Origin: a virus
Taxonomy: Duplodnaviria > Caudoviricetes
Length of the DNA stretch: 64,000 bases
Reading direction: 5' to 3' (one strand)
Virus record (IMG/VR): IMGVR_UViG_3300037067_003527
Coordinates: 1-64,000 of that record
The notes beneath the pieces are model-generated. The model was given only the letters and a program-made list of their open reading frames with translations. It was not told the DNA's origin and did no database searches. Positions 28,674 through 38,519 of the stretch are shown piece after piece. Each line of letters begins with the position of its first letter. Positions within the stretch are counted from its first letter, which is position 1. The position numbers and the translations under genes were made by a program.

Positions 28674-29672
28674 ATGCATGAAGATATTACTACTATAAAA
28701 TCTGGTGGCATTGTAAATACAAATGTAACAGGAGTTCCTTTTATAAAAATAAATAGTAATTTAAGAAAAATACCTCAATATAATTATATATTTGAAACTA
28801 ATTATATCACTAGAGGAAATACAGAAGTTGTAGTAGCAACAATAACACTTGCTGGTGGTAACGGAGCATATGCTGCAACCGTAGATTCAAAACATAAAAT
28901 GATTTGGGCTACTAATTATGATTCTAATAAAGTGTATAAAATAAACCCAGTAACAAACATAATTGAAGCAACAGTAACACTAGTAGCAGGTGGTAATGCA
29001 AGAAATATATGTTTTGATGGTAATTATGTTTGGGTGTGTAATTATGGTGTATCTTATTTAACTAAAATAAATACTAATACTAATACAATAGATTCTCATG
29101 TTACATTAACTACTACAACACCTTATGGAATATTTTTTGATGGAGATTATATTTGGTCTTGTGAATTTACTAGAGTATCAAAAATTAATCCATCAACAAA
29201 TGCAATAATAACAACCTTTTCTTTATCTACTAATTCATATAACGGATGCTTTGATGGTTATTATATTTGGGTTGCTAATTTTTCTCAAAATTAAATAACT
29301 AAAATTAATAAAAATACAAATGCTGTTACTGCAACAGTTGTTGTTGGACAAAACCCAATGAATATAATATTTGATGGTAATTTTTTATGGGTTTCATGTA
29401 ATAATGGTGGATATGCAGTAAAAGTAAATCCATATACTAATACTATTATTACTACAATAACAATAGGAGCAGCTAGAGGTATTACATTTGATGGTGAAAA
29501 TATTTGGATAGCAAATCAAGGTGTTTCAACTGTAACTAAAATAAATACTGTATCTCACGTATATAACACTATTACTGTTGGTACTAATTCATATGGTGTA
29601 TTATATTATAATGGTTATATATGGGCTTCTAATACAGGTAATGGAACAATTTCAAAAATAAAGGTTTTTTAA
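28674..29672 (+). pseudogene. YVTN beta-propeller gene interrupted by one in-frame TAA (29292-29294)
   Basis: WVANFSQN*ITKINKNTNAVTATVVVGQNPMNIIFDG continues in frame; joined length is 332 codons versus 331 and 329 aa for its paralogs. Confidence 0.85.
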
Positions 29673-29674
29673 TT

Positions 29675-30670
29675 ATGGAATATAACAACTTAAATGTAAA
29701 TAAATTACAATATTCAGATACTACAAAAGTTGATAGAAGATATGCTATACAAATTAACCCAGCGTGGAAAAAAGTACCTCAATTATGTGATTTATTTAAT
29801 TTAGAAAAAGTACAATCAAATACATATGATGTAGTTGTTGCTACTATTACAGTTGGAACAGGACCAAGAAAAGCAATATTAGAAAATGGTTATCTTTGGG
29901 TTGCTAATTATACTTCTAACACTGTATCTAAAGTTGATATTATTAATAATTCTGTTGTTGATACTATTACCGTTGGTACTAATCCTATTAGATTAACTTT
30001 TACCGATAATAGATATCTTTGGGTTGCTAATTTTACTTCTAACACAGTATATAAAATTGATACATATGATAATACTATTACTTCAATAACGGTAGGTACT
30101 AATCCAATAGGCGTTTTTTATTTAGCTAATTATATATGGGTAACAAATGTAAATAGTAGTAGTGTAAGTAAAATTGATCCATCTACAAATGTTGTTATTG
30201 CTACCCTAACATCATTTGCTAATCCAACAGATATGACATATGATGGTACGTATATTTGGATGACAGCACAAGGTAGCACCTCTGTGTATAAAATTAATCC
30301 AATCTCTAATTCAACTATTGGTACAGTTCTTGTATCTGGAAGTACTCCATACGGATTATTTTTTGATGGTTATTATATATGGGTGTGTAATAGCGGAGGC
30401 GGTTTTATATCTGGAATTAATCCTTTAAATAATTCTGTTTCAATTGCTGGAACAGTAAATCTACCTTGGTTTATTACTACAGATGGAAATTTTTTATATA
30501 CTTCTGCATATACTTCTGGTATTATATTAAAAATTAACCCTAAAACAGCTTCTGTTATTACTACTATTACAGTCGGCTCTTATCCATATGGTATTACTTT
30601 TAGTGAAAATCACTGCTGGGTATGTAATTCTGGAAGTAATACAATATCAAAAGTAAAAATTTTAAAATAA
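29675..30670 (+). CDS. YVTN-type 7-bladed beta-propeller protein
   Basis: Seven TITVGTNP...YLWVANY-type repeats after a ~55-aa leader. Confidence 0.9.
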   Translation: MEYNNLNVNKLQYSDTTKVDRRYAIQINPAWKKVPQLCDLFNLEKVQSNTYDVVVATITVGTGPRKAILENGYLWVANYTSNTVSKVDIINNSVVDTITVGTNPIRLTFTDNRYLWVANFTSNTVYKIDTYDNTITSITVGTNPIGVFYLANYIWVTNVNSSSVSKIDPSTNVVIATLTSFANPTDMTYDGTYIWMTAQGSTSVYKINPISNSTIGTVLVSGSTPYGLFFDGYYIWVCNSGGGFISGINPLNNSVSIAGTVNLPWFITTDGNFLYTSAYTSGIILKINPKTASVITTITVGSYPYGITFSENHCWVCNSGSNTISKVKILK

Positions 30671-30685
30671 AATATATAAATTTAC

Positions 30686-30713
30686 TTGATTTTTTTATAA
30701 AATATATTATATT
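30686..30713 (+). promoter_or_regulatory. Putative sigma70-type promoter for the peptidase gene
   Basis: TTGATT-N16-TATATT in the intergenic gap; GAAGGAG RBS downstream. Confidence 0.45.
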
Positions 30714-30744
30714 ATATAAGTAAAATAATTGAAGGAGTTTAATA

Positions 30745-31185
30745 ATGAAAAACATAGGATATTTAATTCTAGTAATCATTACAATAATCATTACTCAATC
30801 TTGTTCTAATATAAAATATAAAATATATATAGATGATTGTTTACCTAGAGAAGGTATTATAGCATGGAATGAAGAAATAGAATTTGTAGACGATATAGGA
30901 ACAGCAAACGTAAAAATATATTACGATCCTAAAACAGTAACAAACATTAATAAATATTATGCAGGTTTTGAATTAACTCATTATAGTCCATTTAAATCCC
31001 CAAATGGAACATCATATTGGGAAAGTAGTGATATATATATAGCAGTTATAAGTGATAATGTTATAGCACATGAATTTGGACATGTATTAGGATATGAACA
31101 TTCTACTAATACAAATTCTATAATGTATAGATATATAAATTTTGATAAAGATTTGAATTCATTTGATGAATTTAAAACAAATTAA
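30745..31185 (+). CDS. Lipoprotein zinc metallopeptidase (matrixin/metzincin)
   Basis: Signal peptide ending ITQS-C20; HEFGHVLGYEH zinc motif; SIMY Met-turn. Confidence 0.88.
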   Translation: MKNIGYLILVIITIIITQSCSNIKYKIYIDDCLPREGIIAWNEEIEFVDDIGTANVKIYYDPKTVTNINKYYAGFELTHYSPFKSPNGTSYWESSDIYIAVISDNVIAHEFGHVLGYEHSTNTNSIMYRYINFDKDLNSFDEFKTN

Positions 31186-31205
31186 AAACATATTGAAAAT
31201 AAATT

Positions 31206-31213
31206 TATAAATA
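31206..31213 (+). promoter_or_regulatory. T4-type late promoter at the start of the glycosylation island
   Basis: TATAAATA(ATA) in the intergenic gap upstream of 31243. Confidence 0.6.
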
Positions 31214-31242
31214 ATAAATAATTATATTTGAAGGACAATACA

Positions 31243-32595
31243 ATGAAATTATCAGTTTGTTTAATAGTAAAAAATGAAGAAAGATTTTTAAAACAATGTC
31301 TTGAACGTATAGAACCATATGCATATGAAATTATTATAGTTGATACTGGTTCAACAGATAACACTATTGAAATAGCAAAATCATTTTCAAAAGTTAGATT
31401 AAAACATTTTACGTGGATAAATGATTTTTCTGCAGCTAGAAATTACTGTCATTCATTTGCTACAGGAGACTGGATATTATATATAGATGCCGATGAAATG
31501 TTTGAATATCATGAAGATTTTTCTAATATTGAACCAGCAATTTATAACGCAAAATTTTATAATGTAACAGGTGAATTATTTGATACATTTAATAATGATG
31601 AAAATACTAAAACATATGTAAGAAACAATGCTGTTATTTCATACTCACCTAGATTATTTCCAAACGATTCATATTTAAAATTATCAGGTGTTATACACGA
31701 AACAGTACAAGACCCTGAACATAAATATAAATTATATCAAATGGAAAAATTTGATTTATTACATTTTGGATATACCGATCAAATTAAAAAAGAAAAAGAA
31801 AAAGATGATAGAAATTTACCATTATTATTAGAAGAATATAATAAGAATCCAGAAGCAATAGGTACATGTCATTGTTTAGGACAACAATACCATTTACTTA
31901 AAAAATATACTGAAGCAAGAAAATATTTAGAAAAAGGTATATCATTATTTAAAGAAAATGATGCTGCTACTAATACATTTAAACCTTTATTATTAACAAC
32001 ATACTCAGCTACATTATCTGAATTAGATGATTATGATAAAATGTTGGAATTATCTAAAGAGAATGTATTGTCACCAGATTTTTATTTAAATCTATCAAAA
32101 TATTTTTCAAGTAAACATAACGAAAAAGAAATGTTAAAGTGTGCTATTAATGCAATGTCGTTTCAAAGTGTACGTCATTTTTTACCAATATCATATGACC
32201 AAGGTTCACTTACATGGAAACCATGCACTATACTTGCAGATTATTATTCTGATATTGATAGGAAAAATGCTTTATTTTGGTATGAAATGTCAGTTGCTCA
32301 AGGATGTGGTGATATACGAGTGTTTAAGAATATTGCTACATTACATGTACAAGTTAAAAATCCATCAGCCGCTATTGAAGTAGGAAAAAAAATATTTGAA
32401 TCTACAAAAGATCCAAATGATGAACTATTTTTAGCAAATTGTATGTTTAATTCAAACATGAAAAAAGAAGCAATTGAAATATTTAATAGATTAGCAGATG
32501 ATAAATCATTAGAACAAATTAAAAACTTTCTTATAGATTCTAATGATGAAAATATTAAATATGTTCGCGGAATAAAAAAATACGAAAGAAAATAG
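31243..32595 (+). CDS. GT2 glycosyltransferase with TPR-like C-terminus (protein glycosyltransferase type)
   Basis: LSVCLIVKNEE, DTGSTDNT, DFSAARN, IDADE, IHE, HFGY, then helical repeats. Start moved to ATG 31243 after the AAGGA RBS. Confidence 0.92.
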   Translation: MKLSVCLIVKNEERFLKQCLERIEPYAYEIIIVDTGSTDNTIEIAKSFSKVRLKHFTWINDFSAARNYCHSFATGDWILYIDADEMFEYHEDFSNIEPAIYNAKFYNVTGELFDTFNNDENTKTYVRNNAVISYSPRLFPNDSYLKLSGVIHETVQDPEHKYKLYQMEKFDLLHFGYTDQIKKEKEKDDRNLPLLLEEYNKNPEAIGTCHCLGQQYHLLKKYTEARKYLEKGISLFKENDAATNTFKPLLLTTYSATLSELDDYDKMLELSKENVLSPDFYLNLSKYFSSKHNEKEMLKCAINAMSFQSVRHFLPISYDQGSLTWKPCTILADYYSDIDRKNALFWYEMSVAQGCGDIRVFKNIATLHVQVKNPSAAIEVGKKIFESTKDPNDELFLANCMFNSNMKKEAIEIFNRLADDKSLEQIKNFLIDSNDENIKYVRGIKKYERK

Positions 32596-32604
32596 AGTAA
32601 TATA

Positions 32605-34665
32605 ATGTTATCAGTTATAATACCAACACTTAAAAAATCTAAACCAGAAATTTTTTGGAATTTAATAAAAACGTTAAATTCATGTTCTGTAGTAGGTGAA
32701 ATAATTGTTTTAAATAATTCTAATATTGGATTTGATAATGATTCGTTTGAAAAAGTAACTTTTTATAATACAAATACATCTGTAAATAAATCATGGAATA
32801 TTGGTGTTCAGAAATCTAAATATGAACATGTATTACTATTAAATGATGATATATCAGTATCTAATAATGTTATTATAGATACTGATATATTACTTAAAGA
32901 CGAAACAATTGGAGTAGTTACTGCACATACAACACCAACAATACATGAATCAAATGAAATATATATTAATACAATACAATCATTTGAATTTTTAAATGGT
33001 TGGTTTATTGGTATAAGAAAAAACGAATGGGTAGATATACCTGAATATATAGATACTTTTTTTGGTGATATATTTATACATGATCAAATTATTAATAAAA
33101 AACTTGATGCTGTTATGATTATTAATAATACTATAACACATGATTGCTCTTCTACTGTAAACAAAATTTTTACTGCAGAAGAAAAAATGAATATTTTAAT
33201 TAAAGAAAAAAAGAAATATTTTAATCATATGTATGGTAAAATACATGATGTATTTTTATATAATGGTGAAAATGATATTTTAAATTTGAGATTATTACAA
33301 TTATATGACTTTGTTGATTATTTCCATATTGTTGAATTTGATACTACGTTTACAGGAAAAGAAAAAAAAATAAATTCTTTACTTATACAACCAAAATATA
33401 AAGATAAAATTAAATATCATATATTACATCAATCAGAAATATATGATAATCCATGGGATAATGAAGAATATCAACGTAATCAATTAAAAACAACAGTATC
33501 AAATTGTAATGATAATGATGTTATAATACTATCAGATGTTGATGAAATACCAGACGTTAGAACATTAAATACAAAAATGTATAATAGTCCATACGTATGT
33601 ATTCAGGAATTAAGACAATATTATCTTAATTGGAAATCCGAACAACAATGGATGGGTAGTGTTATAGCATTATGGAAAGATGTTAAAAATATAAATTTTG
33701 AAGAGGTTAGAAAAAAAAGAGCAACATATAATCAATTATATTCTGGGTGGCATACAACATATATAGGATTACAAACCAAAGAAGATATTAAAAATAAACT
33801 ATCTGATATTTCACATCAAGAATTAAATAATGATAAATCTATATGCAATATAATTAATAATAAACAACAAATGAAGGGTATATATGGAGATTCCTTATCA
33901 TTATCAACACCAAATTTTAGATTTATTGATATAGTATATGATGATTTTTATAAATTTATTTTTAAACAAAATGTACATGTAGTAATACCAACAATGTTAC
34001 AATGTGATATAGAGATGTTCAAAAATAATATAATAAAATTATTACAATGTAATATTATAAAAGAAATATGTATAATAGATAATAGTAATACAACTACTTT
34101 TAATGAAATAATAACGTCTATAAACGAACAATATGATACAAATAAAATACGAATCATAAGTAATGATAATAATATAGGTGTTAATCCTGCATGGAATGAG
34201 GGAATGAAATATAATAATAGTGAATTTTATTTATTATTAAATGATGATATTGATTTTGATATTCAAATATTATATGACAGTATTAATATTATGAATAAAC
34301 ATGATAAAGTAGATGTAGTTGCAATACCTGAAAAAAATATTATTACTAAATCAGAAGATATTCAGTATAATATTTATAAACCAGATGAATTTACATTTAC
34401 AGAAAAAGACGGTAAATCATATAAATTTACATGGGGTTGGTTTATATTTGGAAGAAGTTATCAGTGGAAAGATATACCCTATGATTTAATATACTTTTTT
34501 GGTGATAATGTAATATATGATTACATAGAAAAAAGACATAATTTTTATGCTATAATTAAAAATAGATTTGTTAATCATCAAGTATCTAAAACAATATCAA
34601 CGTTTAACAATAAAAACGAATTATATGATATAGATAGAAAACAATATGATAAAATAATTATTTAA
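32605..34665 (+). CDS. Three-domain glycosyltransferase (GT2 - GT17-like - GT2)
   Basis: Two paralogous VIPT...WN.G...LLLNDDI...FFGD domains flank DVFLYNGE.DIL..RL...VDYF.IVE...TFTG..K, E.YQRN, SDVDEIP, GWH. Confidence 0.85.
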   Translation: MLSVIIPTLKKSKPEIFWNLIKTLNSCSVVGEIIVLNNSNIGFDNDSFEKVTFYNTNTSVNKSWNIGVQKSKYEHVLLLNDDISVSNNVIIDTDILLKDETIGVVTAHTTPTIHESNEIYINTIQSFEFLNGWFIGIRKNEWVDIPEYIDTFFGDIFIHDQIINKKLDAVMIINNTITHDCSSTVNKIFTAEEKMNILIKEKKKYFNHMYGKIHDVFLYNGENDILNLRLLQLYDFVDYFHIVEFDTTFTGKEKKINSLLIQPKYKDKIKYHILHQSEIYDNPWDNEEYQRNQLKTTVSNCNDNDVIILSDVDEIPDVRTLNTKMYNSPYVCIQELRQYYLNWKSEQQWMGSVIALWKDVKNINFEEVRKKRATYNQLYSGWHTTYIGLQTKEDIKNKLSDISHQELNNDKSICNIINNKQQMKGIYGDSLSLSTPNFRFIDIVYDDFYKFIFKQNVHVVIPTMLQCDIEMFKNNIIKLLQCNIIKEICIIDNSNTTTFNEIITSINEQYDTNKIRIISNDNNIGVNPAWNEGMKYNNSEFYLLLNDDIDFDIQILYDSINIMNKHDKVDVVAIPEKNIITKSEDIQYNIYKPDEFTFTEKDGKSYKFTWGWFIFGRSYQWKDIPYDLIYFFGDNVIYDYIEKRHNFYAIIKNRFVNHQVSKTISTFNNKNELYDIDRKQYDKIII

Positions 34666-34684
34666 AACAATCATAAATAATTAT

Positions 34685-35674
34685 ATGAAAATAGATACAA
34701 TTATAACAGATAAAATAAATACATCATCAGAATCTAGAGTATTTGTAGATGGAATAATACCAAATGAAGGTATGTTTTATTCTCCTGAATTATGTAAAAT
34801 ATTTAAATTAAATCAAATTAATACTTCAACAGTAAATCAAATAATAACAACTATTACAGTTGGAACTTCTCCAGAAATGTGTACATATGCAAATGGATTT
34901 TTATGGGTATCTAATACCGATGATGGTACTGTTTCTAAAATAAATACATATACATCATCTGTTGTTCAAACATTTACATTATCATCTGGTACTAGAGTAA
35001 TAACACAAGTAGGATCTCACATATATATAAGTAATTCAGGTAGTGGTCTTTTATCAAGAATAAATTGTAATACTAATGTATTAGGTCCAACATTAACGTT
35101 ATCACAAGTTTTTGGTACTTTTTTTGATGGTTCATATTTATGGGTGAGTTGTTATAATGGTGGTACATCGTTATTAATAAAAATAAATCCAACAACAAAT
35201 GTACCAATATTTACAATAACAACAGCATCTAATAATTGGGGTAATATAACATCAGATGGACAATATATATGGATAAATACAGATTCTTATTTAATTAAAA
35301 TTAATCCAGATACTAAAGCTCTTGTTACTACCATAACAATTGATGGATATAATATTTTTTATGATGGAGAAGGAATATGGATAAGAACAAACTCTTCACC
35401 TCGTTTTTTAAAATACAACATATCTTCTTATCAAATAATGAATACTATATATATTGGGGCTTCTGTTAACGAAAAAAATTGTTTTGATGGTAGATATATA
35501 TGGATTGGAAATCTATCATCAAGTCAATTAATTAAAATAGACACTAAATTCAATATAAATGTTATGACAATTTCACTTGTAAATGCATTTGGATCATGTA
35601 TAGATATTGACGGATATTTATGGGTATGTAATAGAACTACTCCTGGAACTATAACTAAATTTAAAATATTTTAA
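34685..35674 (+). CDS. YVTN-type beta-propeller protein
   Basis: Seven FDG..(L/I)W repeats; leader similar to 28674 and 29675. Confidence 0.88.
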   Translation: MKIDTIITDKINTSSESRVFVDGIIPNEGMFYSPELCKIFKLNQINTSTVNQIITTITVGTSPEMCTYANGFLWVSNTDDGTVSKINTYTSSVVQTFTLSSGTRVITQVGSHIYISNSGSGLLSRINCNTNVLGPTLTLSQVFGTFFDGSYLWVSCYNGGTSLLIKINPTTNVPIFTITTASNNWGNITSDGQYIWINTDSYLIKINPDTKALVTTITIDGYNIFYDGEGIWIRTNSSPRFLKYNISSYQIMNTIYIGASVNEKNCFDGRYIWIGNLSSSQLIKIDTKFNINVMTISLVNAFGSCIDIDGYLWVCNRTTPGTITKFKIF

Positions 35675-35683
35675 GAGGTACAT

Positions 35684-36508
35684 ATGATACAATTAAACAA
35701 TAAAACAAAAAAATTTCTTTTACAAACAATATTTAATTCTTATGAAGGAAATCATGGTAAAGTAGATTGGTCTATATATAAAAAAGATTCGATTAATAAA
35801 TGGAACGTATCAGCTAGTCAAGGGTTTACAGCAGAAATACAAAATCATTCTATTTTAGGAAATGCATTAATAATTTGTTTTAGAGGTAGTGATGAAGGTG
35901 AAATAATAGATACTAAAAAAAGAAAAGATGATGATGATTGGGGGTACAATTTTGATTTTAAACAAGTACAAATTAAATTAGAAGACGGAAAAGAACTTAT
36001 TATTCCATATGGTAATAACACATCTAAAATATTAATGCATCATGGTTTTATTAAACATTATAATTTAGTAAGAAATAAAATTCGTACTGCTGTAAAAGAT
36101 GCTATAAATAAAAATCTAAATATAATTATAACAGGTCATTCTTTAGGTGGTGCTGTTACTACAGTTTGTACGGCTGATATACATTATATGATTACAGATG
36201 AGATGAAATTAAAAACAAATTGTACTGATGGTATTAATCTTATAGGATATGCCGCTAGTTCTCCTAAAGTAGGTAATAAAGCATTTGTTGAATCATTTAA
36301 TAAAAGAATGAGTGGTTTCTTTTATAATGAACGTTTTTCAGATGACCCTGTTTCAAAAGTACCATTAGGATGCATGGATTATTATCATGTTGCAAATGAA
36401 AAAACATATGAAAATGTGTTATCTATACTAAGTAAACCAGTATTTGGATTTTTACCATTAGCAGTATGGTATCATCATCCAATGTTTATATATAATAGTT
36501 TAAAATAA
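35684..36508 (+). CDS. Class 3 lipase (alpha/beta hydrolase)
   Basis: ICFRGS, HHGF, ITGHSLGGA nucleophile elbow, SPKVGN, DPVSKVP. Confidence 0.92.
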   Translation: MIQLNNKTKKFLLQTIFNSYEGNHGKVDWSIYKKDSINKWNVSASQGFTAEIQNHSILGNALIICFRGSDEGEIIDTKKRKDDDDWGYNFDFKQVQIKLEDGKELIIPYGNNTSKILMHHGFIKHYNLVRNKIRTAVKDAINKNLNIIITGHSLGGAVTTVCTADIHYMITDEMKLKTNCTDGINLIGYAASSPKVGNKAFVESFNKRMSGFFYNERFSDDPVSKVPLGCMDYYHVANEKTYENVLSILSKPVFGFLPLAVWYHHPMFIYNSLK

Positions 36509-36523
36509 AAAGGAAAAAATGAA

Positions 36524-36790
36524 ATGAAATTTAAAGAATTATTTGAAAACAAAAATATTAAAAAAGGTGATTATGTTAGTATTGATTTAAATATAGTAAA
36601 AAAAATTAAAAACGAATCAAACTATTTAAATTTAGTAAATAAAGTAATAAGAAACGCAGAAAAAAATATGCCATATGTAGTCAGTGTTAATAATGATTAT
36701 ATTATGATTAGAACATGGGAATTAGATTTAATGGGTGATGTTATGGTACCAATTGAAGCAATAACAAAAGTAAAAGAATATATAAATTGA
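36524..36790 (+). CDS. Small protein with capsid-targeting-like N-terminus; paralog of 18334..18597
   Basis: MKFKELFE start; KGDYVSI...VPIEAITK. Confidence 0.7.
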   Translation: MKFKELFENKNIKKGDYVSIDLNIVKKIKNESNYLNLVNKVIRNAEKNMPYVVSVNNDYIMIRTWELDLMGDVMVPIEAITKVKEYIN

Positions 36791-36799
36791 GTTAAAAAA

Positions 36800-37858
36800 A
36801 TGAAAATTAAATTCACATCGTTATTAGAGAAGAAGGATCATTTGATAAAGAAGATACCAAAACTTACACAGGATGAGAAGGATGAATTAATAAATTTCTT
36901 TAATAAGAAACCAAATCTTGAGAATAAGATTGATTGGAATAATTATGCAAATCTAACATTTAAAGATTTCGAATCAGTTATGAATGAAACAAAAACTGAA
37001 AAAATTAAAAAAGTAAAAAGTCAAGGAATTAGTGGCTTAAAAGAAGGAACTGATTATTTTAAAATAAAAGGAGAATATGAAGGATATATTCCGTTATCAT
37101 GGGAAGCATCTAAATTCTTAGCTTCTAAATATGTTGGTGATTGTGAAGGTAAATGGTGCGTAGCTTATCAAAAAAATAAAGAATCTTGGCTTGAATATAT
37201 TTTTGATGAAAAACCAATGATATTTATATATTTACTTATAGGCGATACTAAGTATGCTATTGGTGTTTATCCTACATTAAAAACTGAAATTTATGATGCT
37301 GATGATAATAAAATTTCTAAAATTTCTAATGTTGATGTTAAACAAATTGTTAATGATAATAAAAATTTAATTGATAATGCTAAACAAATTATTTATAATA
37401 ATGAACTAAATGATTTAATAAATACAAAAAATGGAGAAGATATTTATTGGTTTGGATTACATGCAGATAGTAACGTGTTTAATTATGAAAAAGCATTAGA
37501 TGTTTTAATTGATTTAAAAGATACTGAACATATAGAAGATGCAGGAATATATTGGAAAAAATTTAATTATGAAAAAGCATTAGATGCGTTAATTGATTTA
37601 AAAGACAATCAAAGAATTTATTATGCAGGAATACATTGGAAAAAATTTAATTATAAAAAAGGTTTAGAGGCTCTTATTAAATTAAACGATGTATATAACA
37701 TTTATAATGCTCTTTCTTATTGGAAAATTATTGATAAAAATAAATTATTAAATTTTTTAAATACATATAAAATAAGAAAAAATACGGATGATGAATTACA
37801 TATTAAATGGATTAAAGATAAAATTAAAATTTTTAATAATTTATATAATAAAAAATAA
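36800..37858 (+). CDS. Hypothetical protein with capsid-targeting-like N-terminus, KWC motif and 28-aa repeats
   Basis: MKIKFTSLLE; PLSWEAS...GKWCVA; FNYEKAL repeats. Confidence 0.75.
   Translation: MKIKFTSLLEKKDHLIKKIPKLTQDEKDELINFFNKKPNLENKIDWNNYANLTFKDFESVMNETKTEKIKKVKSQGISGLKEGTDYFKIKGEYEGYIPLSWEASKFLASKYVGDCEGKWCVAYQKNKESWLEYIFDEKPMIFIYLLIGDTKYAIGVYPTLKTEIYDADDNKISKISNVDVKQIVNDNKNLIDNAKQIIYNNELNDLINTKNGEDIYWFGLHADSNVFNYEKALDVLIDLKDTEHIEDAGIYWKKFNYEKALDALIDLKDNQRIYYAGIHWKKFNYKKGLEALIKLNDVYNIYNALSYWKIIDKNKLLNFLNTYKIRKNTDDELHIKWIKDKIKIFNNLYNKK
37478..37729 (+). repeat. Coding tandem repeat, 84-bp unit x3
   Basis: TTTAATTAT(G/A)AAAAAG at 37478, 37562 and 37646. Confidence 0.85.
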
Positions 37859-37884
37859 TATAAACGATAAATTAAAAAATTAAA

Positions 37885-38505
37885 ATGAAAACTCTTAATA
37901 TAACAAAACCAATTATATCTATATTTGCAAGTGGATTATCTATTAATTCATTATCATTACAACAAATAGAAGATATACATAATAACTCATATACTTTCTT
38001 CTTAAATTACGCTCCATGTAAATTTGATGACCGTCATATAGATTGTCTTATGTGGTCTGACAAATGTGTTACAAAATGGTTAGATGAATATTATAAAGAA
38101 AAACCTAAGTATACTCTTCTTACGAGACAAACAGCATTTCATCCAACAATTAAATATAATATAAAAGATTGGATTAACCATTGGTTTTACTTACCAGAAG
38201 AAAGATTAAAAGGAAGATATACCTTAGTATGGTTATTACAATTATTGCAATTATACTATCCTAATATTCCTATATATTTATATGGACATGATTGTAATGG
38301 AAATGGAAAATGGTATGATGAATACATACAAACAGATATTATAAAAAGAGGAAATAACTTTAATATAATTAAAAAAACAATTGAATGTGATGTTGAAATT
38401 AAAAAATACGTATCAATACAAACTATAAAACAAATAAAAAACTGTAATTTAAACTCAAAATCAATTTTATTTAAAAATAATATAAATAATAATATACAAG
38501 AGTAA
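37885..38505 (+). CDS. MAF/sialyltransferase-like Rossmannoid transferase; paralog of 42527
   Basis: IFASGLSI...LN...WSD...IYLYGHD. Confidence 0.6.
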   Translation: MKTLNITKPIISIFASGLSINSLSLQQIEDIHNNSYTFFLNYAPCKFDDRHIDCLMWSDKCVTKWLDEYYKEKPKYTLLTRQTAFHPTIKYNIKDWINHWFYLPEERLKGRYTLVWLLQLLQLYYPNIPIYLYGHDCNGNGKWYDEYIQTDIIKRGNNFNIIKKTIECDVEIKKYVSIQTIKQIKNCNLNSKSILFKNNINNNIQE

Positions 38506-38519
38506 CTGTATTAAAGGAA

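Noticed and set aside
29292-29294. Stop-codon reassignment (alternative genetic code)
   Set aside because: Only one internal stop, and it is TAA, the commonest terminator here. TAG and TGA also end well-packed genes (for example 14540, 32595, 17281, 54463).
24692-35674. Diversity-generating retroelement acting on the propeller or Trp-repeat genes
   Set aside because: No reverse transcriptase in the window and no template/variable repeat pair differing only at adenines was seen. An element elsewhere in the genome cannot be excluded.
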